Assembly: GCF_000143415.4 (NCBI RefSeq)
Contig: NW_003314308.1
Coordinates: forward strand, 881,769 to 945,768
Origin: Selaginella moellendorffii
Lineage: Eukaryota; Plantae; Lycopodiophyta
Direction: 5' to 3'
DNA length: 64,000 nt
Shown: in pieces, positions 1 to 11,629 of the stretch
How the letters are laid out: every line of letters starts with the position of its first letter
Position numbering within the stretch: the stretch's first letter is position 1
Notes under the pieces: model-generated
What the model saw: only the letters and a program-made list of their open reading frames with translations
What the model was told of the DNA's origin: nothing
Databases searched by the model: none
Position numbers and translations under genes: made by a program

Positions 1-223
1 TCTTCTTTAGCTTCAGATTCGGCTTGTTCACCTTGACAATGAGATTTATTATACAACCAGATGGACTCAGTCTGGACACAAAGTCACCGCGCTAGTCACC
101 ATGCCCCAGATATGTCTAGCCCCTGGACAAAAAACATATAATTTCACGTCATTTTCAAATACTTGAAAATTTGTACCTAGTCCCATTTTACTGAATAAAT
201 CCCACTTTAAAGAAATAAAGCTT
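1..223 (-). mobile_element. Left end (TIR plus subterminal sequence) of a second copy of the 13.6-kb DNA transposon, inverted and running out of the window
   Basis: 1-223 is the near-exact reverse complement of 6158-6380. It ends in cccactttaaagaaataaagctt at 223, where it cuts the Gypsy RT (ICRTRY|KLYFF). Confidence 0.9.
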
Positions 224-2479
224 ATATCTAGTTCGACAGATTGTCTTCTTGACATCTTCCTCTGCTACCCTGATCTGGTAGTATCCTGACCTCAGGTCAA
301 TCCTCGAGAAGTATTTTGCCTTTCCCAACCTATCGAATAGGTCCTCAATCCTTGGCAAAGGGTACTTATTCTTCTTTGTATACTTGTTGAGCAACCGGTA
401 GTCTATGCACATGCACATAGATCCATCTTTCTTTTTCACAAATAACACTGGTGCCCCATACGGTGACTTGCTCAACCTAACATACCTTTTGTCCACCAAC
501 TCGTCTAGTTGGCGCTTGAGCTCTTCGAGTTCTTTTTCGTTCAAACAATAGGGAGGACGAACCACCGCCTCAGCACCTTCGACCAGCTCAATCTTATGTT
601 CTATCGGTCGTGCGGGGGGCAACCCTGCCGGTAACTCCTCCGGCATGGTATCCTGGAATTGGTCCAACACCCGTTGGATCACTAAAGGTACTTCTTCCGG
701 TACTGTCTTTTTGTTACTCTTCACCGAGAGTAAGCACAAAAATGCTGCCTTAGTTCCTTTAATGAGTGGTCCTCTTGTGGACACCAGGTTTAAGCAGGAA
801 TCTTTGGCCTTGCTTTGCCCTACCTTTAGATCCTGGGCCTCCACCCTAAATCTTCTTCCTTGGGCATTCGCCAGTACCACAAGGTTCCTACCTTGTCCAT
901 GTAGGGCTACCACGAACCGATTGAACCAATCCATTCCGAAGATCATGTCAAATCCCACCATGTCCAACACGGTGAAATCCATGTCTACTTTCCATGTCCC
1001 TACTTGGACTCTCGCTTGTCGAAGTACCTCATCGGTGCTTTGGCTACCTTGAACACACTCTATAGTCCTTGGTTTGCCTAGCCACTGCACCGTTAGTCCG
1101 GCTTGCCGGACTATATCTGCAACCACAAAATTATCCGAAGCACCCGTGTCAATAAGGATCTTAACAATGCTACCTCCGAGCTTCCCTCGGAGGGCTAGTA
1201 GATGTCGCGAACGACTCTCTACCAAAGTTGCCCGTGTAATGAGTAACTTTGAGTTAGGGACTGAATCACATACCTCAGTTTGGACTTCATCCGACTTGAT
1301 AGCCATATTGGCTCTGGCCTTCTTCGGGTAGGGACATTCCCTCAAAAAGTGTCCCGCTTTGCCGCAGTTGTAGCATACGTTGTTTTCCACGCTGCTATAT
1401 GACTTGACCTTCTTATCCGTGGGTTTGTCTCTTTTTGCTTGACTCCCCCACGTACTCACTCGCTGGCCACCGGATTTGCCTTTCCGAAACCCCGAGGACT
1501 CATTCTTAGAGAAACTCTTCTTGAATTTCCCTTTGCTATACGTTCCCCTTGGTTTGGCCCCTTTGCTAAACGTGGACCCCAACCCCATCCCTATCGTGTT
1601 CCCCTTTAGCAGGTTATTGTTGAAATGCACTTTGATGGCCGCATCCAACACTTCCTTGTAGTTGGTTAGGTTCTAACGCATCACCTCACCGCAAGCCCAG
1701 GTTTGCAAACCTGATATGAAGGCATGGAACGCATCCATATCCCCCATGTCTGTAACAAGTATCCTTTTTGCCATAAACCCATTCACATACTTCTGAATGG
1801 TTCCAGTCTGCTTCAGCCTACTCAGCTTGTCCCTTAGATGTAGAGTACCATTCGGAGGAACGTAAGTCGCACAGAACCTCGCCTTCATCATTTCCTAAGT
1901 GGCCACCAGTCCTTCGTTGGCCTCTATCATTCTCCACCAAGACTTGGCATTATCTGCCAAGTATGGTTTTGCACATGGGACCTTCTCTGAGCTCGGTAAC
2001 CACAATGCTCGGAAGTAATCCTCCATATCGTAAAACCAATCCTCCACCACCTTATAGTCGTTCACTCCCTTGAAGACCGGTGGGGGCTTTGGTTTGTACT
2101 TGGGAACTGCCTGAGGGACTAATTCCACTTCGGTCTGTTTGACCTTGTCTAGTTTTGCCTCAGTCCCTACCGAAGGGTCCGCACCTTTTGCGCTATCAGC
2201 CTCTGCCGCCTTTTGCCTTTTCTTTCGCTTCTCGTCATGCTTTAGCTTGCGTATGAGAGTCTCTAGTAGGGCATTGGTCTGTGCCAATTGTCCTTCTAGA
2301 ATGTCCAATCACGCCTTGGACAACCGAACCTCACCACCGGACTCCTGTTTGGAAGATTCCTCACTAAAGTCCTCCTCATGCAAGGATTCCTCATCCATAG
2401 CCTCTTGTTCGACCGGAGGCTCCAACTCTGGAGGGGGTTCCATCTCTGCCTTGGTTCGTTTCCACCCTGCCTTTGCCAT
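224..2479 (-). pseudogene. Gypsy gag-pol polyprotein (gag, CCHC zinc knuckle, aspartic protease, N-terminal RT)
   Basis: ORFs 1895-2308, 1673-1891 and 188-1651 share one frame from ATG 2479, with 3 in-frame stops. Motifs: [77 protein letters not shown]. Confidence 0.95.
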
Positions 2480-2538
2480 CTCCTAGCAATTCGCCTCTAT
2501 CCTTCGCTAGAACTGAGGAAAAGGCCACGATACCAAAT

Positions 2539-3649
2539 TGTAAGCCACAAATTTTTCCTTTCCAATTTGTCAGCTTACCTCGTCTATCCGACCAACATTG
2601 CCTTGGCTTATGCTAAGTTCCCTCTCCAAAGTTCCCGCCTATTGTACCAACTCTTACTTGGTCCTATTTGGTTTCAGCTACTCATTGCACGAGCAATGGA
2701 GCATTAGCCATCCATCCATGGATTCCCAAATCTCTCCCAATCCCCCTCCCCAGGTTAGACTAGACTTAAGGTTCGGCTACACTCCCCATAGGCACAAGCA
2801 GCCAAGCACACCAAGCCTCCAAGTTCCTAACACCCCTTGGTACAACAAGACTTGATCATGGGACCCTCTAAATCCCAAGCCTTGGGTGCAACACTTGCTT
2901 CGGGACATTGGGGCAAAACACCGAGGCATAAAGGCCCAGTATGGGTACCTCTACCCCCCCCCCCCCGCTTCCATCCCGAAGGGAAGGCCCAAGCCCCTAG
3001 GAAGGGCGAGGACCGATGAGCCACAAGGTACTCAAGTGGGGCACCACTCCACATGAGCCGGGAGCACCACAGTCTGTTTCCCTTTCGGGAGTGGGAGCTG
3101 CTCTTGAGCACTTCCCTGGGTGGCCCCTCCGGCACCACCCAAGCCCATACTCACTCCCACCCAAGGCCCCTCAACCCCAGTCTCAACCTCAAGTCAGTTT
3201 GGAAGCACCACTGAAGAGTTCCTTCAAGACTGGTTCCTGGACCTCACTATCCCTACTATACTTTTGGAACCCCCTGCAGCCCCCCCCCCCCCGGGAGACG
3301 CATGCTTTGGGCTTTCACCCCTTGACCTGTATTAGTACTCGATCTCGGACTCAATCTCGGACCCGACTTCGGACTCGATCTCGGACTCAATCTCAGACCC
3401 GATCTCGGACTCGACTTCGGACTCGACCTCGGACTTGGCCTCGAACCCGATTTGGATCTCGGACTCTATCTTGAACTCGGTCTCCGATTCGACCTCGGAC
3501 TCGATCCCGGAGTCTATCTCGAACTCGGTCTTAGAGTTGGTCTTGGACTCGATCTTCGACTTGGTCCCATCTGATGAACTCTTTGTCATTTCGGTCATGC
3601 TTTCGGGGATCCTTTAGCCTACCACACCTCGGGGAGTTGGCTCCTTACA
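2539..3649 (-). repeat. 5' LTR of the Gypsy element (about 1.1 kb)
   Basis: On the plus strand it begins tgtaagcc at 2539 and ends ccttaca at 3649. PBS is adjacent. Confidence 0.85.
3337..3560. repeat. Degenerate 12-bp tandem repeat (actcgatctcgg) inside the LTR
   Basis: Directly visible. It explains the low-complexity SE/TRSR ORFs. Confidence 0.85.
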
Positions 3650-4479
3650 CTTCTATCCCCAACGGTCAGTGTTGGGGAAGTTGTTATTCTCATTGGGGAT
3701 TACACATAGCTTTTAGATGCTACTAGTCGGGATCTCTACATGCTTGATTGGTGGATCCATGGTCTGGGTCAACTCACACCTTATGGGAAGATCGATTTCA
3801 TCTTTTTCAATCCTCCTGATGGGATGCCACCACCGCAAGGGGATACTCCTTCATGGAATGTGTTGCAGGCCCAACACATTTCTCAAGCCTTAAAGGTTGC
3901 AAGTAGCTTTATGACATACGAGGATGTGGTTGTCATGATCCTTCCCCACTCTCTAATGTGGGACAGTCTTCTCACACACTTGGCTGACAACAATGATGGA
4001 TTTGTCAAGTTTTCATCTGGCTGCCATCTTTTGAGTATGGTGGTGGACACAAAAGGCACTAGTGGGTAGAAGTGAAAGGTCTGTGACTTCTTTATTTACA
4101 AATTAACTCTATTCTATTTTTTTTCCAGGTTTATTCCTGGAACTACCATGCTCTATGCCACATTGGGAACAGGCGTAATGCCACACGAGCTGACGAGCGT
4201 GCTACTCTTGCTTTACCAGGATATGACAACTCTACAAACATCATCCCAAATGTGATTGACTTGGACATTCTTCACCCAGCGTTCCCTAGTTATTGACATC
4301 GTTCGGCCACGGCCATGCAGATCTTGTTGGAGTTATTCTGTCCGCCAAAGGGGATTGTGCTTGATGCTACAATAGAATTTGGGTCAATGGTGCAGGCAGT
4401 GAAAAAGACAAGTTGAGCTGTTTTTGCACTTGAGGAGGGTGCCTTTGAGGACATTCTTAGGAGATTTTGCGACAGGTGA
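3650..4479 (+). pseudogene. Spliced beta-class amino (N4-cytosine/N6-adenine) DNA methyltransferase relic
   Basis: Exon 3650-4078 reads VVILIGDY...GKIDFIFFNPPDG (DPPY-like motif IV). A phase-0 GT-AG intron spans 4079-4128. Exon 4129-4479 reads AMQILLELFCPPKGIVLDATIEFGSMVQAVKKTS*AVFALE (motif I, G.VLDPFxGSG..A...R...E). Motif IV before motif I is the beta order. Stops are in-frame TAG/TGA. Confidence 0.72.
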
Positions 4480-5092
4480 TGTTAGTGCTTGAAATAATCT
4501 ATAATATTTATTCTCAAATGTTTCTATGTCATTATGTCTACACTTATCACACACAGTGTTTCAGTCCACACGCTTGATCTTGATGATATGAATGATTATA
4601 TGGACCGAAGTCAATTCCACTTACCTATTTATGCTGAACGTATGGCACAACATTACATACAACACGAGCCTATAGTGAAGGAGTATTCCACTATACCCAT
4701 TTCTGCTTTTCTAGATATGGAAGCAGAAGAAGATTGAATATATACTGATTTTAATATAAATTATGTTGTTTAATATATTATTTTCTTTCTTTGTAGACTA
4801 AAAGATTAGTTCGTGTCGAACCAATAATTTACATGAGCTTATGGAATACCTTAAACACCTAGATTTTATGTTAAAAATTCTTGGTTTGGGACAAACTAAG
4901 GTAGTGCCATTAAACTTTCGTTAGTTAGGGGATTGTATTGACTTCCTTTGACTTTTGTTGACTTTCATTGACTTGAGCTCAACTCAAAAACTACCCAGCC
5001 TTTAAAGTCACATTTGCGATAAATGAGCACAAAACAATCGATGAATGAGTCTCTAAAAAGGGATATAAGAAGGACTAATACATGGCAAGTGT

Positions 5093-6157
5093 TGTGACAT
5101 ATGGAAATGTCAGGAATAAGTCTAAGATGGAGTTCGAGATGGACTCTAAGATGGAGTTTGAGATGGACTTGAGATAGAGTCCGAAATGGACATGAGATGG
5201 AGTTTGAGATAGACTTAAGATGGACTCAAGATGGAGTTTAAAATGGACCCAAGATGGAGTCCAAGGTCAAGTCCAAGATGGACCCAAGATGGAGTTCCAG
5301 GTCGAGTCCCAAATAGGTTTGAGATGGAGTCTGAGACCGAGATCGAGACCAAGACCGAGGCCAAGACCGAGACCGAGACTGAGTCCAAGTCTAAGAGTGA
5401 AAGCCCAAAGTGATCATCTCCCAAACCCTAGGAGGTTTGGTGAGCTCCAAAAGTATAGTAAGGGGAGGACTCCAATGGAGCCAGTTTGGCCAGAAAAGGC
5501 TAGTGTAACCAAGAAAGGCTATACCCACATATTGGGTGATGATATAACCATTAAAGAGTCCAAGGTTAAAATGAATATGGACAGACAAGTGGGGTAGCTT
5601 GGTGAAGTATTCAAGAGCTGGCTTTAGCTTTCCCGGGAGATTGAATGATTGATGCTCCCAATTCAAGTGTGGATAGCACTATTTACTTGGATACCTGGCA
5701 TGGCTCATCGGAACTTCACTCTAGCCACATGGCTAGGGCATCTAAGGGCAGAAGATGGGGAGTATACCCACAAGGCTTATATAGGGCCACAATGTTTCAA
5801 AATGTCATCTTAAAATCCCAGACTATAGAAAGGAAGAGGAGCAATCCTCTGGTGTAATAACCAAGGTTACGGTTGTATGGTGAGGAAATCCTAAAGGACA
5901 GTAGAACTTAGTAGTCAGGCCTTTGGGCCTTGATCTAGTGGTAGTGTTGGTGAGCATGGTTATGAATGAAGAGAGACTTGGTGGGGACAGAATAAAGGAT
6001 ATTGGAGAAGGGTGTTCCCCATGTCTCCAAACATCCTAAGGGTGTTAAGGTGTGGTTGAGAGATGACCACTCATGGATGGATAGCCCAATCTTTGAGAGA
6101 CAAGATTGTGATACAAGTGGTCTTAGACTATTGATTTGATAAAGGTGAATGGGCATG
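5093..6157 (+). mobile_element. Partial, diverged Gypsy-type LTR, cut by the DNA transposon left TIR
   Basis: Starts tgtgac. 5420-6157 aligns by eye with the LTR at 20342-21321 up to aaggtgaatgggcatg. A 12-bp repeat (gagatggagtcc-like) lies at about 5120-5400. Confidence 0.8.
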
Positions 6158-6181
6158 AAGCTCTATTTCATTAAAGTGGGA
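6158..6181 (+). repeat. Left TIR
   Basis: aagctctatttcattaaagtggga. Confidence 0.9.
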
Positions 6182-6817
6182 TTTATTCAGTAAAATGGGA
6201 CTAGGTACAAATTTTCAAGTATTTGAAAATGACGTGAAATTATATGTTTTTTGTCCAGGGGCTAGACATATCTGGGGCATGGTGACTAGCGCGGTGACTT
6301 TGTGTCCAGACTGAGTCCATCTGGTTGTATAATAAATCTCATTGTCAAGGTGAACAAGCCGAATCTAAAGCTAAAGAAGAGCGATGGCATGCACGCACAC
6401 ACTATTTGTTTGTTCATTGAGCGTGTGGTGAGCTTTCCAAGATGAACGTCATTCCTATTAGCCAGACATATAACTTAATGATGAGAACATTTAGATATTA
6501 TTCAATGTTATCTTTTTCTAACGAATCTAATTGTGAAGGTGTAGCAAGAGGCATTGCTAGTCTGGAGAAGTCATTTAACTCATTTGACCCTTAGTGTATT
6601 TTCATGAAACTAAATAACATTCATATTATTAAGGAATTTCTCTAGTACCTTTTTTTTACGACATAGAGGCTTGCATTTCTTTCAAAGGTGATTTAGTAAA
6701 AGGCCTGAGGGCACATGCCATTTTATTTCTCAGACCGGTATTAAGATATACTAGTGCAAAGGGAAAAAAGTATTTGGTGATCAAGTAAATGGCATGAGGG
6801 CACACGCCATTATAAGC

Positions 6818-7075
6818 CTAAGCGCTAGTGGACACCTCCTTTTTGGTACTCTCAGTGGTACTATCATCCTTCTCCGGGTCAGTTGTTTTGCTTTGGATTG
6901 TTGTCTCTGACGTTACTGGGGCGTTCTCGATAGTTGTTAATGTTGCCGTTTGTTCAGAAAAATGATCACCTGGAGTATAGTACGGGGAGTTTGGAAGACT
7001 TATATATTCTACATCTTCACCTATCTCCTTCTCCGTCTCCTTTTCTGCCTCACTTACAGATTTTGTGCTTGCCAT
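6818..7075 (-). CDS. Small acidic, low-complexity hypothetical ORF inside the transposon
   Basis: ATG at 7075 (MASTKSVSEAEKETEKE...), 85 aa, flanked by palindromes. No recognisable domain. Confidence 0.3.
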   Translation of the reverse strand: MASTKSVSEAEKETEKEIGEDVEYISLPNSPYYTPGDHFSEQTATLTTIENAPVTSETTIQSKTTDPEKDDSTTESTKKEVSTSA

Positions 7076-7788
7076 GAGAACGCTCTTCACCCTAAAATAT
7101 GGAGTTCGTTGTGTTATAAAAGGAAACCAACACACACGCTGCAAGGGAATGATGGTACATAAAGCATATAAGCCCACAATATGGGTTTATGTGCCATTAA
7201 TATGGGCCACATGCCATATTATTAGATTTATGCACGTGTGATTGGTAAATGCATATGTCACATCATCTTTGTTTTACCTCACACACTATATCAGGCCTAA
7301 TGAACCATATCACATGTGCGCACATGCTATATATATGGAGAAGTATTATGCAAGGATAGAAAAATTCAATGCATGATTGTGGAGAGCAATGGCATGAAGC
7401 CACATGCTAAATAACATTTTAGAGAAAGAATTAAAATAGAAACATGCAAACAGTACTGAGTGGACCAAGACTTAGAAGTGCACAATTGAATGAGGTATTT
7501 CTAATAAATATTTCACTCACCTCATATAGGAATGGCTACCACTCTCAAATGGCGTATCGCCTCATACCATCACCTCGCAATTTGTTATAACAATCCGATG
7601 AATTCATATTCAGCTTGTTCACCTTGAACTTTAAGTAAGATTTGCTAGAACAACTAAGAATTTATACTTGTTATTTGTATCATCTCACCTAGGAATGGCG
7701 TAAGGCCACATGCCATCACGCCTCCTCTGATTCAGATTCGGATTGTTCACCTTGAAATAAAATACATTAGAAACTTAGTAAAGGAATA

Positions 7789-10569
7789 TTAATGAATCTC
7801 ACCTTGAACCCGGGTTATGAATGCTCTTGCTGCATCTCTTGCATGGTCTGACAAGGTGATGGTGGCACTCTGCTTCCGCATCCAACCATACACAACATTA
7901 TCCACCAATATGCTCATGCTGGGATCCCTTGGATTCAGCACCCATCTCTTTTCTAGGCAATCCTTCGTATATCCGGAACTTGGCTTGAACCACTCCACAG
8001 TTACATTGAAGGAGTTAATTTCCACGTCCTCCTCTGCATCAGTGATGCAGCGCCCCACCCATATCATTTGTTTTTTATTACTGGGTCTGACAAGCATGAC
8101 CATTCCTTTGCAGACCTGTACTGGATTGAATGCTGAATCCGGCTTCTTGTTCCTCGGCCCACAATAGTGATCCTCAACATCGTTATCTGTCACTGCATTT
8201 CCAGAGGACATTGTTCCGCTACTATCTGGTGCTCTGGGTTCTGGCCAAAAGGACTCTTCCAATTCTTCATATACAACCGGCCCATTTTGGATAGCAGATA
8301 TAATCTTCTCCCAGTATTTGAGCAAAGGCTTGCACCTTTGAAAATAGGATTCTCCACCAAACACCAACCCCCTATTCCAAAAGGCAATATGCTATCTAAT
8401 CCCGGCCACTATACTTTCTTGGTCTTTGAGTCCATCCGGGTGCATCGGCCGTGGGGAACCCTGAGGAATTATAGGTTCCCCAGTTATGGGATCTCTCTTG
8501 AAGAGTTCAATGCCGTCCACTGGCAGCCACATTGTGTCCCATTCTCTCATCTTGTACCTCATCACTGGAGCACCGTCATGCATGCTGAAATGAAACTGAA
8601 GAGGCTTGGAGTGGCCAATCAGCATTTCGGATCCGTCCCTGATGTAGCCTCTTACAAACCCCTTAAAGTCTAGAACCTCTGTCAGAAGTGCAGCTTCAAC
8701 AGTGCCTTTGATGCAATTTTGGAATTCATCATAGAGTCGTGGGAGGGTGAGGACATTGGATCGCCGGAGGGACTCTGCCAGGTGATTGAACATGGCATCG
8801 ACGTCTTCATGAGTGTGCCCAACCATGAGAAAGCCAAGTGTAACCGTTTCAAATATGCCTTTGGCAACAAGCATCGCCAAGTACGCGAAGACGTACATGT
8901 TTTTGTTTTCACTGCCAGCATTGTCTGTTTGGAGCAGAAGATGGGGTGGAAGGCCACATCGGCCGCAAGAACTTCCTTGAGATTCTGCTTCGTTTGGATG
9001 AGGCTGTGCATTCACTGGGCGACCAGCCTCGTCGGAATGGCATGAGGCCTCACGTGATAACCCTACAATCTGACGGCCAACATATTCACTGGGATGGCAT
9101 GGGGCCCCACGCGATACTGCAAGCCTTTACTCCTCCTCCAGCTGAACCTTGTATAGGGTTCGATCGACAAGGGCCTTATGCAAGGGTTGGCCGTTCAGCT
9201 CAGTCTGCACACTTTGCAGAGACCTTAAGTGTTTTGCTAGGGACGCAATCATCATGTTTGCACCCCCGCCACCCCATAGAGGGACAAAGAAGTTCCCATA
9301 GTTCTGGGCACCATGCCCATGAGCGATTATGCCAAACAGAGACACAGGCAGCTGCATGGATGAAGAGATTGCCTTGGGGGCAGGATTGAGTCGAGGTAAG
9401 CACGTCTTTTTCTGGTCCATTTTGTCGTGGATGATGCAGAGGTAAGTCCTGCAGCTTCTCTGCTCGATGTTGTGGTCGAGCCGCCTTCTAACCAACGTCT
9501 CTTGCTCTTGAGCGATGCAAGAATTCTTCGACAAAGCCATTTTGATAGCAGTGCACTCGTCACACTTTGAAAAGCTGGAGTACTTTCCTATACTCACATC
9601 CCTGAACCTGTTGCTCCATAATCTACTAAATCTAGATTGGCTCAGCTTCCTATAACCATTACTCTGGAGTTCCCGATTCACATCTTCCAATATGGCCCCC
9701 TTGGTATACATGGAAGGGAGAACTCGTTGGGTGTCTCGAGTTCCATCTTCCAAGAGGCGGGTTTTATGTGGTTGCTGCTCGCTACATGTCTCGACAAATC
9801 TCTTGAAGATTGCCTCTCCATATACAACATGACCCCTGGTTTTGTGAGTACCGTCGTTCCCATGGACTGCCTGTTGAACCCTTTGTTCCTCGAACTCAGT
9901 TTTGATTCTGTAGAATGTGGTTCGAGGGACTCCATAAATGATTCTTCATGCCTTCATGCAGACCAAACCCCTTTGGAAGACCATGCCCCCCACCTGATGT
10001 TCTGAAGCATCAACAGATGACCGTAATGCCTCATACACAAAATTGCGAGCTGCCTTCCAGGACAATGTCTTGTATCTTGCTCTCTCCTTTTCAATAGCAT
10101 CCCAATCACCATGTTGACAGCACCTTCTCTTGCAACAAGCAACTGTCGAGACCATTCGAACCTCCATCGCCATTTTCTGCCTTTTCGGTTCGTTGCTCAG
10201 ATCCCTTTGGCTGCGCTTTAGGAAGGTGTACTTTCTTTTCCCATGAAGAGATGTTCTGTCATCAGTTGTAATGGTGTTTGATTGTGAATCCTTCACATTC
10301 TCAAACACTAAGTGCCTCAATTTCCACCGCACAATGCTTCCAATAGTCAGACTGTTTTCTTCTGTGTCAACAACCTTTAAAATCGCAACTCCAATATTAT
10401 CCCAGCCCAATTATTGATTAGCAACCGCATCTCTTGGATCGACAACTATGGCTAAGCCCTTAGCTACCACCTCCCCCTCGAGGTTGTTTAGAAACACTTT
10501 TGCCTGAATCCATGTAGCACGGTTCTTAAGATCCACAGAGGGAACATGCGTTGCACTTGCGGAGGCCAT
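7789..10569 (-). pseudogene. DDD/E transposase, Sola1-like (GHTHEDxD type), about 926 codons with 4 in-frame stops
   Basis: ORFs 9946-10410, 9127-9753, 8392-9015 and 7789-8367 are all one frame from ATG 10569. Motifs: CCKRRC, VCMKA*RIIYGVPRTTFY, FSKCDEC, IIHDKMDQ, LQTDNAGSENKN, FLMVGHTHEDVDAMF. Confidence 0.85.
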
Positions 10570-11129
10570 TCTGAAAGTGCAGAAAAGAAGTTAAGACCAT
10601 ACAAAAAATGATTGGAGAATGGCCTAAATCATAACATACCAAACAACCTCAATAGCATGAGGCCACATGCCATTATTCAAACATGCTATTGACACCCACG
10701 TGAAATTTCGCATTCACAAAATTGGCATGAGCCCTCATGCCATTAGTGGTACCACTAATGGCATGAGGCCTCACGCTATCTTTGGCCCCTGCTAGCCTGT
10801 TGCTATATTCCTTTTGCCTTGCTGCAACTGTATATATTTTTGTGTGCGTGACTAGTCACCCATACAAAAATATATACAATTGCAGCAAGGCAAAAGGAAT
10901 ATGGCAATAGGCTAGCAGGGGCCAAAGATGGCATGCTCATGCCATCTTGATATACACACAGCTGCAGGCAAGTAAAAACATACATGACAATACGCTAGCC
11001 ATGAAATTGCAAGGGCCCAAGATGGCATGTGGCCTCATGCCATTTCTAAATGTGGTCCTAAGCCATTCCATGGTGAACATACCAGGAAGCACAAGTGCCG
11101 AATATCAAGAGGAAGCGGTAGCCACACCA

Positions 11130-11330
11130 AAGACAGTGCCGCTCGCAACACCGCAACTACTCGTAGCGCCGCTCGCAACACCGCAACTGCTCGTAGCGCC
11201 GCTCGCACAAACTGCCACTCGCATAAACTGCCGCTCGCAATGGCGCTCGCAATGCCGCAACCGCTCGTAGACGCATAAACCACAACTCACAACGCCGCTT
11301 ACACAAGCAGCGCTCACTGCGCTCAGCGGA
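11130..11330. repeat. GC-rich tandem repeats (30-bp gccgctcgcaacaccgcaactgctcgtagc and derivatives), probably the transposase 5' leader
   Basis: Directly visible upstream of the minus-strand transposase. Confidence 0.7.
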
Positions 11331-11629
11331 ACCAAGAACACGGCGCACAAAAATGATAGACCTAGGAATGAGTTCGAGAATTCAAAAATAACACACGCTT
11401 GAACGTCACATCAAATCCTCTGACAAACCAGATCTTATGATTCCTCTGACAAATTTCAAACTGAGTAGCTTCTAGACTTTGCTGTCGGAGGTTGAACTTT
11501 GTCACATCATGTCCTTGCCTCGATCCAGCTGTGCCATGTCAGTGATTCGAACTTTGCCATGCCATGTCAGCGATCCGCGCCAAGATTATTCGCCGTGTAA
11601 AGGAATAATTATGCTGTGTGTGTACATCC

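Larger units (their letters stand above)
224..3649 (-). mobile_element. Ty3/Gypsy LTR retrotransposon, 5' portion only (5' LTR, PBS, gag, protease, start of RT)
   Basis: LTR 2539-3649 with TGTAAG...CTTACA ends, a tggtatc Met-type PBS just inside it (about 2526-2535, minus strand), then gag-pol. Truncated at 224 by the DNA transposon end. Confidence 0.93.

Noticed and set aside
2598-3617. ORFs inside the LTRs (also 5215-6156, 20313-21002 and 25231-25938)
   Set aside because: They arise from LTR sequence and 12-bp repeats and have no protein motifs.
9016-9129. Intron in the transposase
   Set aside because: The segment reads through in frame apart from one TAA, so an intron is not required. 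It cannot be excluded without transcripts.
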